Origin: Meyerozyma guilliermondii
Lineage: Eukaryota
DNA: 64,000 nt
Direction of reading: 5' to 3'
Assembly: GCA_051546255.1 (NCBI GenBank)
Contig: CP128818.1
Location: 1,116,001-1,180,000, forward strand
Part shown: positions 32,411 through 42,695 of the stretch, piece by piece
How positions within the stretch are numbered: the stretch's first letter is position 1
Layout of the letters: each line of letters opens with the position of its first letter
Translations under genes and position numbers: made by a program
Notes under the pieces: model-generated
What the model was told of the DNA's origin: nothing
The model's input: only the letters and a program-made list of their open reading frames with translations
Database searches by the model: none

Positions 32411-32419
32411 AAACTGTGG
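32411..32419 (+). promoter_or_regulatory. Met31/Met32 site AAACTGTGG upstream of the Seo1/Fen2-like permease
   Basis: Exact consensus 240 bp upstream of ATG 32651. Confidence 0.65.
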
Positions 32420-32650
32420 ACATCTCCCCATCAGATAAGATTTTGATCTACCAATCCTGGATCAAATTACTCAGCATCGCTAGATCTCACTAAAAGATTA
32501 TGAGCTCAGCCGCTCATGGAGCCATAGTTTTACTGTGATCGGAAAGAAAATGATAGGGCCGAATTGCGTAATCGGGCCGGAACACGAGCCACCACAATTG
32601 CTGCAAATCGAGTAATTATAAAGTGCAGTTTTCGAGATGAGATCCAAGTA

Positions 32651-34204
32651 ATGACGATCAATACCATAGAACCGGTTGAAAAGCTGCCTTTGAAAGGCGC
32701 TGGGATCGCCAATTCTGTATTGGAAGTTAGTGATTCTTCGTCAACCTCTGCCCAGGAAGAGTATATTGATATTACGGTCAAGTTGACCCCAGAAGAAATC
32801 CAAAGAAGACTGACTTTATGGTTCAAGATCAAGCTCTTTCTCTGGGACTCGACGGATAAGCATCCCAAAGAGCGGGTTTTTCTTGGAAAATTGGACTTTT
32901 TCTTACTCAGTTCTGCCATGCTTGGATACTTCATCAAGACCCTCAACCAGCAAAATGTCCAAACTGCCTATGTCAATGGTATGAAAGAGTACTACGAGAT
33001 GAACCAAAACCAGTTGAATTACTTGACCACATTGTGGACGGTTGGGTATATTGTGGGCCAAATACCTTCCAATTTGATTCTTCATCGAATCAGTGCCAGA
33101 TTCTATCTTGGTGGATTGGAGCTCATTTGGGCATTTTTAACGATAATGATGATAACGTGCAAGTCACTCCATGGGTTATATGCAATTAGGTTTCTTCTAG
33201 GATTGACAGAGGCAGGTTATTTTCCGGGTTTGGAGTACTTACTTGGTTCGTGGTACTCAAGAAAGGAATTGACAAAAAGATCAACTTTTTTCGCAGTCGC
33301 TGGAGTAGCCGCCGGGATGGTTTCAGGTCCCTTACAACAAGCTATTTTGGGCAGATTTTCACATACACATCTTCCAGCGTTCAAATGGATGTTTGTGTTT
33401 GACGCTGTCATTTCGTTTCCAGTTGCATTCTACACCATGTTGGTGGACCCCAATACCCCATCTAGCACAACTGCGTGGTACTTCACAAAAGAAGAAAAGT
33501 TGATTGGTTTGGAAAGAAGAAGAAGAGTGGGTGCTCAATTGAACACAAGACAGAAGTATACCTGGAAGAAAATCAAGTCCTTCTTCAATACCTGGCACAT
33601 TTTTGTCTTTCCATTCATTTTTTTGGCTTACAACAACTCATGTATCATTCTGTCGCAGCCAACTTTTACCACCTGGATGAAATATTCTTTACATGCCAGT
33701 CCCAAAACTTATAATACGATGCCTTCGGCAGTCAATGGAACTGGAATTGGCCTCGCTATCATCTTTGCTTACCTTAATGATTCTCTAGGAGGCAGAAAAA
33801 ATTACATTTTTGTGAGTGCCTTTTTTATTTCTGTCATTATAGCCTGTTCCTCTTTGGCATACTGGGACTTGCCTCGGGGATACCATTGGTTTACTTACTT
33901 TCTTGCCGGAGCTGCGGCGGCGTGGGGCCAGCCTCAGATTTTTTCTTGGGTCAATAGACTGCTTTTTGCTGATGACATGAAGAGAAATTTTGTGGTTGTA
34001 TTGACCAACAATTTGGCTTATGTTACCAATGCTTTCGTTCCCATATTTGTATGGAATAACCAGGATGCTCCTCGCTACTTTATTGGGTACAGCTATACGG
34101 CAACTCTTAGTTCCGTGGGATTGATCTTGACGGCTGTTGCATACTATTTGTCTCGTCGCGATGAAGTCCAAGAAGACAAAAAAGAGGTGGAAGTGTTGGA
34201 GTGA
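32651..34204 (+). CDS. MFS anion:cation symporter, Seo1/Fen2-like
   Basis: KLDFFLL...[32 protein letters not shown]...[14 protein letters not shown] and DAPRY..GY. First ATG is 32651. Confidence 0.88.
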   Translation: MTINTIEPVEKLPLKGAGIANSVLEVSDSSSTSAQEEYIDITVKLTPEEIQRRLTLWFKIKLFLWDSTDKHPKERVFLGKLDFFLLSSAMLGYFIKTLNQQNVQTAYVNGMKEYYEMNQNQLNYLTTLWTVGYIVGQIPSNLILHRISARFYLGGLELIWAFLTIMMITCKSLHGLYAIRFLLGLTEAGYFPGLEYLLGSWYSRKELTKRSTFFAVAGVAAGMVSGPLQQAILGRFSHTHLPAFKWMFVFDAVISFPVAFYTMLVDPNTPSSTTAWYFTKEEKLIGLERRRRVGAQLNTRQKYTWKKIKSFFNTWHIFVFPFIFLAYNNSCIILSQPTFTTWMKYSLHASPKTYNTMPSAVNGTGIGLAIIFAYLNDSLGGRKNYIFVSAFFISVIIACSSLAYWDLPRGYHWFTYFLAGAAAAWGQPQIFSWVNRLLFADDMKRNFVVVLTNNLAYVTNAFVPIFVWNNQDAPRYFIGYSYTATLSSVGLILTAVAYYLSRRDEVQEDKKEVEVLE

Positions 34205-34375
34205 CTGGAGATGAATACGAGTTTATAGAGATGATTATGAAGGTCCTGGGAAATTGTAGAAAATAATTCAGTGAAGAAAATACATCTGGTGAAGAAAATA
34301 AGTCGGTGAAAATACGTCTGATGAAAATTAGAATCAGTAAAATAGTTGTATCAATCATATGTTTGTTCTATGTGT

Positions 34376-35818
34376 CTATACGGTGTCCCAGAACGCACGT
34401 AGACGGTCCCGAGCATCAAGGTACTTCTCCAAGTCTTTTGTGGTGAACTCGGGAAACTTGCGACCTGCAACCAAAGACTTCTCCAAGTATCCCAAACGTG
34501 CAAGTTCCAACATATACTCCAAGGCGTCGTCAGCTCCAATAGTATGGTACGACCTGGACGGTCCTTTTTTCGAGAATCTCTCGTTTCTCCAAAGCTCTTG
34601 CTCAAGGACGCTAGGCAAGGTAATTCTTCCAGCAAGATAGCGAGCAACCAAAATTGCCTGATACTCGAAAACTCGGAAGGAAACCCCATCAATTGGGACC
34701 CCAACAAACGTTATAAGTGGGTCATTGATCAAAAAGGTATGCTGGTACAACCCAGGGACCAAGACTCCATCGTGTGTCAAAACCTGGTTATCGGCTGCAA
34801 AAAGTCGATTTAAAAATGGATACGAAAATTGGTAGCCGGTACCATATATAATGTGGTCTGGTGCTACTACCTCGCTTTCGTCGTCAAAGACAACCACTAC
34901 CTGGTTTTCAACGATTTTACACTCCTTTATGACACCTTTGGGAGTGACATTTTTGAGTGTTGGGGACTGCGAATTTCTTCTGGAGTGGTACACTTTTGAA
35001 GCTTTACCTACAAGCAATCGTGTAATATCCATCCCTGATGCTCTTGAGCCAACGACCACTACCACCTTGTCTTTATAAGGATCAGGAGTTCTAAAGTATT
35101 TGGCATGTTTAACCAAGTTTGGAAACTTTTCTTGTGCTTGACGAAGGCCCGCTACTTCTGGAATATAAGGAACATGGTAATGGCCACTAGCAACAACTAT
35201 AGCGTCGAAATTTCGCTGGTACCAAGTATCATGGGTATCGTTAGAAGACTGACGAATTGTGAGCTTATAGTGGTGACCATTGTCGTTGATAATTCTCTCG
35301 ACATCCTCAATGGTGGACGAAAACTCAACACTAACGTTCCTAGCACTCTTGTTCCGGAGAATGTAGGCTTCAATATAGTTTCTCACCACCAAACCATCAA
35401 CAAATTCAGTTTTATCACTTGCTTCACCAGTCCACAGATTCAAATCGCTGTATGTCATGAGCGATTCAGTGATGTTTGTCTTCAAGTTTGGATACGAGGG
35501 AGTTTCCATGTATCTGTATTGGTTGGTTTTAGGAGCTAAAATAGTCCCTTTGGCTTCAGAATTTCGAAATGGATTCTCCAATGGTGGATCTGCTTGCTCG
35601 GGAGTTCCACCAACTTGTGCAACTTCTGGTAGATTTCCTGGGTTGTCCAAACACCAAACGCCTCCTAGAACATCTCTTCTCTCGAAAAGAACAATCAGAT
35701 CAAAATGACCCTCTTTTACCAACGAGTCAAGTGCAATGGCACCCGAAGCACCACCGCCTATAATTGCTACTGATTTCACACGAACATGATTTTCATTATC
35801 CTTCTCCAAACTGGGCAT
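34376..35818 (-). CDS. Flavin-containing monooxygenase (Fmo1-like)
   Basis: IIGGGASG (FAD), FERR..LGGVW, YPNLKTN, VASGHY..P.IP, HAKYFR, VVVGSRASG (NADPH) and GTGY.FSYPFL. Confidence 0.9.
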   Translation of the reverse strand: MPSLEKDNENHVRVKSVAIIGGGASGAIALDSLVKEGHFDLIVLFERRDVLGGVWCLDNPGNLPEVAQVGGTPEQADPPLENPFRNSEAKGTILAPKTNQYRYMETPSYPNLKTNITESLMTYSDLNLWTGEASDKTEFVDGLVVRNYIEAYILRNKSARNVSVEFSSTIEDVERIINDNGHHYKLTIRQSSNDTHDTWYQRNFDAIVVASGHYHVPYIPEVAGLRQAQEKFPNLVKHAKYFRTPDPYKDKVVVVVGSRASGMDITRLLVGKASKVYHSRRNSQSPTLKNVTPKGVIKECKIVENQVVVVFDDESEVVAPDHIIYGTGYQFSYPFLNRLFAADNQVLTHDGVLVPGLYQHTFLINDPLITFVGVPIDGVSFRVFEYQAILVARYLAGRITLPSVLEQELWRNERFSKKGPSRSYHTIGADDALEYMLELARLGYLEKSLVAGRKFPEFTTKDLEKYLDARDRLRAFWDTV

Positions 35819-36146
35819 GTTTGCGTCGAATTTTCCATCTCGGAGCTAAGTTCTTCAAGTGGGTGCTTATCGGGATATTTTGTGTGGCTGCGAATCGGTG
35901 TGGAGTTTGACGTGCTGCACGCGCAATCTGATAATGCTGCACATGGCTCAAGTGCGTCGATCGCGCAGATCGCGCATATTGAAGAATATGGCTGCAACTC
36001 AGGTTATCCTTCACCAGGTACCATGTTCAATTTTGCTTAGTGAGACACCAGCTTCATCATCGTTTTAAATTTCCTTCTTTTTTCGGCGTCTAAGCCCCAC
36101 GGACAGATCTTCTCCGGACGCATTCGATGTGGCATGTGCCTTGACT

Positions 36147-36155
36147 CCACAGTTC
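36147..36155 (-). promoter_or_regulatory. Met31/32-like site GAACTGTGG in the FMO/JLP1 divergent promoter
   Basis: CCACAGTTC on the + strand; 8/9 match to AAACTGTGG. Confidence 0.55.
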
Positions 36156-36226
36156 TCTAGGTAAGATTTGAATTAGTAATCTTGGTCCATTTAAATGGAC
36201 TCGTAAAGCTGTAGAAGCAACAAAAA

Positions 36227-37498
36227 ATGGCTCCTCCATCTCAGATCTTAACTTCTACTGAGCCCGAATCGTCTAGCTTCGAAAATGAACTCGAGAGAGC
36301 TGCTCTCAAACTTGCTCTGCTCAAGCCATTGGGTTCCAAAGGTGTCAAACTGATCACCCCGGGGAAGAATATCTCGTGGTTGGAAAAGTTGCCCAAATCT
36401 TCGAGGGATAGACTTGAAAGATATGGTATAGATTTGTCCAAAGGGTACCCGATTGTGCCCAAGTACGAAGACATTCCCAAGTTTGTGGACGAAGCATTTG
36501 AGATCAGAAACAAGGAGTACCCATATGTTGAGAGGGGAAAGAATGCTGATCCCGAAAAGAAGGCTTTGTTTGGTGCTGCAAAGGAAGTCATAAATTTGAC
36601 AAAGCATGTGGGTACTGAAATTGTCGGACTTCAACTCAGTGAGTTGAACGACAAGCAGAAAGATGAGCTTGCTCTCTTGATTGCTGAGAGAGTGGTGGTT
36701 TTCTTTAGAGATCAAGACTTGTCTCCCCAGAAACAATTGGAATTGGGAAAGTACTTTGGTCAAGTTGAAGTTCATGCTCAGGTTCCTCGAGTTCCAAACG
36801 GAGTAGATGGCAAGGATTTGAACGGAATTTCAGTGATTTGGCAAGACTATGCTCGTGAATACTATGGCTTGCCATTGACGTTCAAAAGTAGTATTGGTGG
36901 TAATTCTCAATGGCACACTGATTTGGTTCACGAGTTCCAACCCGCAGGAATTACCCATTTGCACAACGATGCTATTCCAAGTGTAGGTGGAGACACCTTG
37001 TGGGCTTCTGGATATGGTGCCTACGACAAGCTTTCACCAGCTTTGCAGCAATTTTTGGACGGTAAGACTGCCATCTACCGGTCTGCTCACTCGTACATTA
37101 ATCGTGAAAATCCATTGAATGGACCTAGACACATTGAGAGAGAGCATCCTATCATCAGAACCCATCCGGCAACAGGGTGGAAGTCGTTATTTGTCAATCG
37201 TTCAATGACGGTGAGAATTGTTGGATTGAATCCAGAAGAAAGCAGAATTCTCTTGGAGTATTTGTTCGGTGTTTTTGAAAAGAACTTGGACATTCAGGTC
37301 AGATTCAACTGGAAATCCAAGCCAGGTTTGGGAACTTCGGCCTTGTGGGATAACCGTATTTCTCAGCACAATGCTGTGTGGGACCACGAGGGCCAGGAAG
37401 CCAGACATGGAACCAGAGTAACTTCGCTCGCCGAGATCCCATTTTTTGACAAAAACTCCAAGTCTCAAAGAGAGAGCTTGGGGTTGTCTTTGGATTGA
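36227..37498 (+). CDS. JLP1: Alpha-ketoglutarate-dependent sulfonate dioxygenase (TauD/Jlp1 family)
   Basis: ERVVVFFRDQ, WHTD (HxD), GGDTLWAS, HPIIRTHP.TGWKSLFVN, WDNR..QH and RHG.RVT. Confidence 0.88.
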   Translation: MAPPSQILTSTEPESSSFENELERAALKLALLKPLGSKGVKLITPGKNISWLEKLPKSSRDRLERYGIDLSKGYPIVPKYEDIPKFVDEAFEIRNKEYPYVERGKNADPEKKALFGAAKEVINLTKHVGTEIVGLQLSELNDKQKDELALLIAERVVVFFRDQDLSPQKQLELGKYFGQVEVHAQVPRVPNGVDGKDLNGISVIWQDYAREYYGLPLTFKSSIGGNSQWHTDLVHEFQPAGITHLHNDAIPSVGGDTLWASGYGAYDKLSPALQQFLDGKTAIYRSAHSYINRENPLNGPRHIEREHPIIRTHPATGWKSLFVNRSMTVRIVGLNPEESRILLEYLFGVFEKNLDIQVRFNWKSKPGLGTSALWDNRISQHNAVWDHEGQEARHGTRVTSLAEIPFFDKNSKSQRESLGLSLD

Positions 37499-38466
37499 AA
37501 GATTAGCCAATATATGAGATAGTAACTTTTTAATCGATTCTGTCCGGTATTTGAATGGCTGCGAAAAATCGTTAAAATGTAGGACGCATAATTTGGATGC
37601 GAAATCTCAGCAATTGAAAGAACCAAAATTGCAAGTGAGGTGTAATGCTGCTTCAAGAGGACTATTCGAGGTCCAAAGCAATCGGTACATAAAACTTCCT
37701 AATGGGGTAAACCTCCTAAAAGGTACTTTGAAATCGCTTATCGCTAATTATTTGCATTGTACTTGTTTTCTCTGGCAATTGAACGTATTAGATCTCAATG
37801 AATGGAGAAGACTAATTGTGGCTATTAGCGATGAAAGGAACACTCTGTGGTGCGAAACCGCAGACTTTAGGAAATTATATGGGTAATTCCAGTATGACTT
37901 TGAGATCATATAGTAACTTCAAGTATTATAGTATGATTTGAGATCATAAATTTCTTCATCAAGTAATAATATGATTTGAAATCTTGAATTTTTTATCTTT
38001 CGAAACTCTTCAGGACTTTCTTCTACTTCTGGACATTAATCCTTAGTTCCTTCAGACACAAGTACTCGATGTAAATGTTGGGCTTTATGCACTTCTGCAG
38101 CCGTTGATCGCGGTCGTGCAGTATCAAGCAATAACGGCAGCACATTGTGCGAATCTGGTATAAGCGACGGAAAGAGAAGGAGTAAAAAATAAAACGAAAT
38201 TTAGATGAGATGATAAACCAAATAATGAAAAAGTGAATGCAAAGTGGATTTAGTTGCTTACCACAATAATTCACACAAAACTCAAACTTCTCATACCTTT
38301 TTCATCCCTTCCTACAACTTTATTTCATTCCTTTTTCATACCATTCTCATCTTTCTCATCCTTATTCACCTTCCCAACATAGACTTTCCTGCACACAGCC
38401 CGGTCTCCGCAGCCATGTGGAAATGTTCCACGGTTATAAGTCCTCGTACCCCACATTTGGCGCAAC

Positions 38467-41004
38467 ATGGAGACTTTAGAGGTCCATTCCAAGGACTACT
38501 TGGTGAAATGGGTCACGGCGCCGGACAACTGTGTCATTGACTGGCAGGCAAGGCCGTTGAAAAAGTCCATTAATTTGGCAATTTACATCCGCCGAGGAGG
38601 TGATGATTCTCCTACATCTGCTTCAACTATGGACCCTGCAACTCCAGGAACAGGTGCTGATGATGAAACGGATACGGCCACAGACACTACGGCTCTGCGT
38701 AAGCGATCTGAGTCAATGGCTTCGGTAAACCAAATTTCGGACTCCAACATGTTCAAAACAAAATCTCGTTCCAGCACCCTTTCGTCGTTGGTGAGCAGCT
38801 CTAATCTTGTTTTGGTGAAGGATTACCACAAATTGATCTCCAACGAGTTGGTACATGGCAAATTTGACGTGGAAAAAGGAGGAACCTATGCGTTTGTATT
38901 TGACAATTCGTTCTCGAAAACCATCAGCAAGAAGGTTTTATTTAGTTCCAAGACTTTGCCTCGGGAAAACGTGCCTGGATCTCATTCTGGTGCCAACGGG
39001 ACGTCGGGAAACGACACTGGCTCGGAACCTAAGGGAGATGCTGTTGTAGGCAACGTAATGAGACCCAAAAACGGCCAGTTTCTCCAGAGTATTCTTCTCA
39101 AGAAAAGACGCAAGAAGCTTCAGGGTTTCGTCAAGCGTTTGTTCGTGCTCAATTTCAAGTATGGAACCCTCACGTACTCGCAGATTAACGAAGCCACCAT
39201 TCGGGGACAGATGCCAATTCGCGATTCCATTGTGAGCGCCAATGCTGCCAAACGAGAACTCATTGTGGACTCGGGAGTCGAGGTATGGAACCTCCGGGCC
39301 CTTAATGACGAGGACTTCAAGGTTTGGGTTGATGCTTTTAACACAGTCAAGAGCGAAACCGGAAATCAAGTTCAAGGTTCAGGCGACGGAGACACTGCTT
39401 CCAATGCACACGCCATGTCAGAACTTCGCCTGGTGCACAAGCTGCTCGAGAGTATGCGTGAGCGCACCACGGATCCAGTTTTCGCCGAAGAAATTGCTCG
39501 TGTTTATGAAAAAGTCGACGATTTACTCGCACATTTGTCTGAGTTGAATACCGGCGATGTGGGCTCGATTTACTCGCACGGGTTCGTGGATGCCCAGGAC
39601 GATGTCGATGTCCCGTCCTCGGTTGTATTATTACAAGAAGAAACTGTTCCAAGTACTGCTCCTTGGTCGCAAAGAACAGGCTCAATATCCAAAGAGTCTC
39701 TCTACGATGTTGCTGAAGAAGAAGAGGTTGTGGAAGACGACGACGACGACGACTCTTTGTCTTCCGTAGAAGATACGACGCAGTTAAAAGACGTTATTGA
39801 AGAAGAAGAGGAAGAAGAAGATGGTGATGATCTCTATCCGTTGCCCATTGATCCCATCGAAAGAGACACTAGTATCACTCGCTGCGACCACACACCTCCT
39901 AGTATCATTTCTTTTGTTCGTAAGAACGTTGGTAAGGATATGAGCACCATAGCGATGCCCGTGGATGTCAACGAGCCGTTGACGATTCTTCAGAAATATG
40001 CCGAGATGTTTGAGTATGGAAACCTCATCAACAATGCGTTGCTGGTTCCTAACGATAACGGTGAGAAGGTGTTGAGAGTGGCAGCTTTCGCTGTCAGTTG
40101 TCTTTCTTCCATGCGAGCAAGGGAGCGGAATATTCGTAAGCCTTTCAATCCTCTTTTGGGAGAAACTTTTGAGTTGGTTCGTGAAGATATGGGATTCAGA
40201 CTCATTGCGGAAAAAGTTTGCCATAGACCACCTGTGTTTGCCGTTCACGCCGAAGCAAAAGATTGGACTTTTTCGTTCAGTCCTGCTCCAGCTCAAAAGT
40301 TTTGGGGTAAGAGTTTTGTGGTCAGTACCAAAGGAACTTCCAAATTGACGTTCAAAAAAACTGGTGAAACCTTTCAGTGGTCCCAGCCTGAATCTCTGAT
40401 CAAAAACTTGTTTGCGGGCGAAAAGTACTCTGAACCATCTTCTTCAATCACAATCAAATCGTCGTATGGCCAGCGTGCCGTGGTGGAATTTGCCAAGGGA
40501 GGCATGTTCAGTGGCCGGTCGGAAGCTGTGGACATTAAAGCTTACGATTCGTCGAAGAAACCGCTTGCTTATGCTGTTTATGGCACTTGGACCGAGTCGC
40601 TCACGTTGAAGACGAACAGCACTGAAAAGTTGATCTGGGAGTGCGGAGCCCTTCTTCCTCCAAAGCATTATGGCTTCACGGAATTTGCTGCTACATTGAG
40701 TAAGATAACCGCCATTGAAAAGGACAAGATGGCACCCACGGACTCTAGGTTGAGACCCGATATGAAGGTCTATGAACAGGGCAACATTCCTGAAGCCGAA
40801 GAGTTGAAAAATCAATTGGAAGAGCGCCAGAGAGAAAGAAGAAAAGAATTGGAAGAAAGCGGAAAGGAACATGTTCCCAAATTCTTCAAGCATACTGGAG
40901 GCACATCTCCCGATTCTGGAGAATGGGTCTACATTACTGGCGAGAAGAGTTACTGGAATCGCCGTAAGAAGCAGGACTGGGACGATCTCGTTCGGTTGTG
41001 GTAG
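38467..41004 (+). CDS. OSH3: Oxysterol-binding protein homolog Osh3 (GOLD-PH-ORD)
   Basis: GOLD (LEVHSKDY, FVFDNSFSK), PH (LLKKRRKKLQGF..R.FVL) and ORD (KPFNPLLGETFE, EKVCHRPP, PTDSRLRPD). Confidence 0.94.
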   Translation: METLEVHSKDYLVKWVTAPDNCVIDWQARPLKKSINLAIYIRRGGDDSPTSASTMDPATPGTGADDETDTATDTTALRKRSESMASVNQISDSNMFKTKSRSSTLSSLVSSSNLVLVKDYHKLISNELVHGKFDVEKGGTYAFVFDNSFSKTISKKVLFSSKTLPRENVPGSHSGANGTSGNDTGSEPKGDAVVGNVMRPKNGQFLQSILLKKRRKKLQGFVKRLFVLNFKYGTLTYSQINEATIRGQMPIRDSIVSANAAKRELIVDSGVEVWNLRALNDEDFKVWVDAFNTVKSETGNQVQGSGDGDTASNAHAMSELRLVHKLLESMRERTTDPVFAEEIARVYEKVDDLLAHLSELNTGDVGSIYSHGFVDAQDDVDVPSSVVLLQEETVPSTAPWSQRTGSISKESLYDVAEEEEVVEDDDDDDSLSSVEDTTQLKDVIEEEEEEEDGDDLYPLPIDPIERDTSITRCDHTPPSIISFVRKNVGKDMSTIAMPVDVNEPLTILQKYAEMFEYGNLINNALLVPNDNGEKVLRVAAFAVSCLSSMRARERNIRKPFNPLLGETFELVREDMGFRLIAEKVCHRPPVFAVHAEAKDWTFSFSPAPAQKFWGKSFVVSTKGTSKLTFKKTGETFQWSQPESLIKNLFAGEKYSEPSSSITIKSSYGQRAVVEFAKGGMFSGRSEAVDIKAYDSSKKPLAYAVYGTWTESLTLKTNSTEKLIWECGALLPPKHYGFTEFAATLSKITAIEKDKMAPTDSRLRPDMKVYEQGNIPEAEELKNQLEERQRERRKELEESGKEHVPKFFKHTGGTSPDSGEWVYITGEKSYWNRRKKQDWDDLVRLW

Positions 41005-41062
41005 TTTCCAGCTAGCATGTACTATGTCTATTTATAATTATGTGAGTGTGTTCGTAGATTCG

Positions 41063-42475
41063 TTACAATTTGAGATTGAGGCGCTCTTCAGAACTGGAGC
41101 GAGACGGAATGTCGAAATCCAAGTCTCCGTCGGTACCGTTTAGCCCCATGTATGGCGTGTTTCCTCTGCGGGTGAACAACAAGAATTGAAGTTGTTTTCG
41201 AAGACTGCTAACGTATACTCGCTGCATGTTGAGCTCGTCTCGCATGGCAAAATTGTCATTGACAAGATTGCTTATAACCGACTCTCGCTCCGAATTGGTG
41301 ATGTACGGAATGATCCGGTTATCCATTTCAAACTTGAGCCTGTCGAGTTCGTAGTTGAGATATATCAACTTTCCTTGATCCTCGGTGGACGACAGGTCAA
41401 ACTTGGAAATTTCTTCTATGGACTCCGTGTAGCCGAGATTGGTGATTTTGCCCTGGATGATCAGGTCGAGGATCTTGTTGATCTGTTTCTGAAGAAACGT
41501 GTTTTCTGCAGTCAAGTTGTCGACTTTGGAGTTCAAAGTTTGGTAAAAAGGAAGAAACTGGCTAAGTTGGCAATTGTTGTTTTGGAGGTGGATTTCAAGT
41601 GCAAAGTCGCTATTTCCGCTCCATGTGCACCCGATGGTGTGGGCGGGACAACGGTGGTGGCCGCTTTTCTGGCAGTTTTCTTTGTGCTTTTCTAAGTGTC
41701 TGAGCGGAATCATATCGTTCAAACAAAGGTCGCAAGTTTGGTAGTTGAAGAGACATTCCAATTCCAAGTGTTTCTGCTGGCTCACTAGCGTGACCTCGGC
41801 GTTGCAAAAGCTACAATCAAAAACCTTGTGAGCACACTCGCCTTCATGTCCCAGAAGAAACCGCCGTTCAACCATCACCGAACACACACTATCTTTCTCA
41901 GATGACCCAGAGGCGGCCCGCCGTCCTCCACATTTCACACCGGTGTACTCACACTGTAATACGTGGTACTCGAGTTCCCACCGGCACCCATCCCACTCGC
42001 ATCCTCGGTCCAGATTGAGACAGAAAACCTTGAGGTCGTCAATAAGATTTGTGATGATAAGCGGCGTGGGAAAAAGATCATTGGGGTTCGTGGTGTCTAT
42101 AGGAGTGCGGTCCAAAGGACACGAGCCTTTCAATGGTGAGACGTCTCCGTTTCGAGCGGTTCGAAAACATTCGTAAATGCACTCTCGACAAAAAGTATGA
42201 CCACAAATAGTCGTAACTGGTTTTATGAAAGGCTGCTGACATATGGGACAATTAAGGTGATCCACGGCTGTTTTATACTTGGCATTTCGAATATCCGGGT
42301 GATCTGAGTCGGTTTTAAAATCGAAGCCTGGAATTAAGATTTCGTCATTTTGATATTTGGGTTCCTCAGAGTTCACATTTGTATCATTTTGTTCGCTGGT
42401 TGTGTCGAGTGCATCATGATGGTCTATACTGGACGTTTCAGAGCCTGAATTTTCATGGCTGGTGGCCCCGTTCAT
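41063..42475 (-). CDS. RING-HC and TRAF/SIAH-type zinc-finger protein with coiled coil (putative E3 ligase)
   Basis: CPIC...CGHTFCREC...CPLDR followed by repeated C..GC.W...H..C fingers. Confidence 0.8.
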   Translation of the reverse strand: MNGATSHENSGSETSSIDHHDALDTTSEQNDTNVNSEEPKYQNDEILIPGFDFKTDSDHPDIRNAKYKTAVDHLNCPICQQPFIKPVTTICGHTFCRECIYECFRTARNGDVSPLKGSCPLDRTPIDTTNPNDLFPTPLIITNLIDDLKVFCLNLDRGCEWDGCRWELEYHVLQCEYTGVKCGGRRAASGSSEKDSVCSVMVERRFLLGHEGECAHKVFDCSFCNAEVTLVSQQKHLELECLFNYQTCDLCLNDMIPLRHLEKHKENCQKSGHHRCPAHTIGCTWSGNSDFALEIHLQNNNCQLSQFLPFYQTLNSKVDNLTAENTFLQKQINKILDLIIQGKITNLGYTESIEEISKFDLSSTEDQGKLIYLNYELDRLKFEMDNRIIPYITNSERESVISNLVNDNFAMRDELNMQRVYVSSLRKQLQFLLFTRRGNTPYMGLNGTDGDLDFDIPSRSSSEERLNLKL

Positions 42476-42566
42476 GGCACATTGATAAGAGAGGTCGCAG
42501 ACTTGTAAATGTACTTAAGAGCGGGCGGTAAGGGCACGACCAGCGTAATGCGGAGACGGAAAAAAT

Positions 42567-42638
42567 AGGTCGTACCCGGATTCGAACCGGGGTTGTTCGG
42601 ATCAAAACCGAAAGTGATAACCACTACACTATACAACC
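42567..42638 (-). tRNA. tRNA-Gln(UUG), intronless
   Basis: Reverse complement GGTTGTATAGTGTAGTGGTTATCACTTTCGGTTTTGATCCGAACAACCCCGGTTCGAATCCGGGTACGACCT: cloverleaf, TTG anticodon, A and B boxes, T6 terminator at 42560-42565. Confidence 0.97.
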
Positions 42639-42695
42639 AGTTGTTATTTGAAATGTGTTGCGACTAAACAAGAGCACCAACAGTGACCTATAGGG

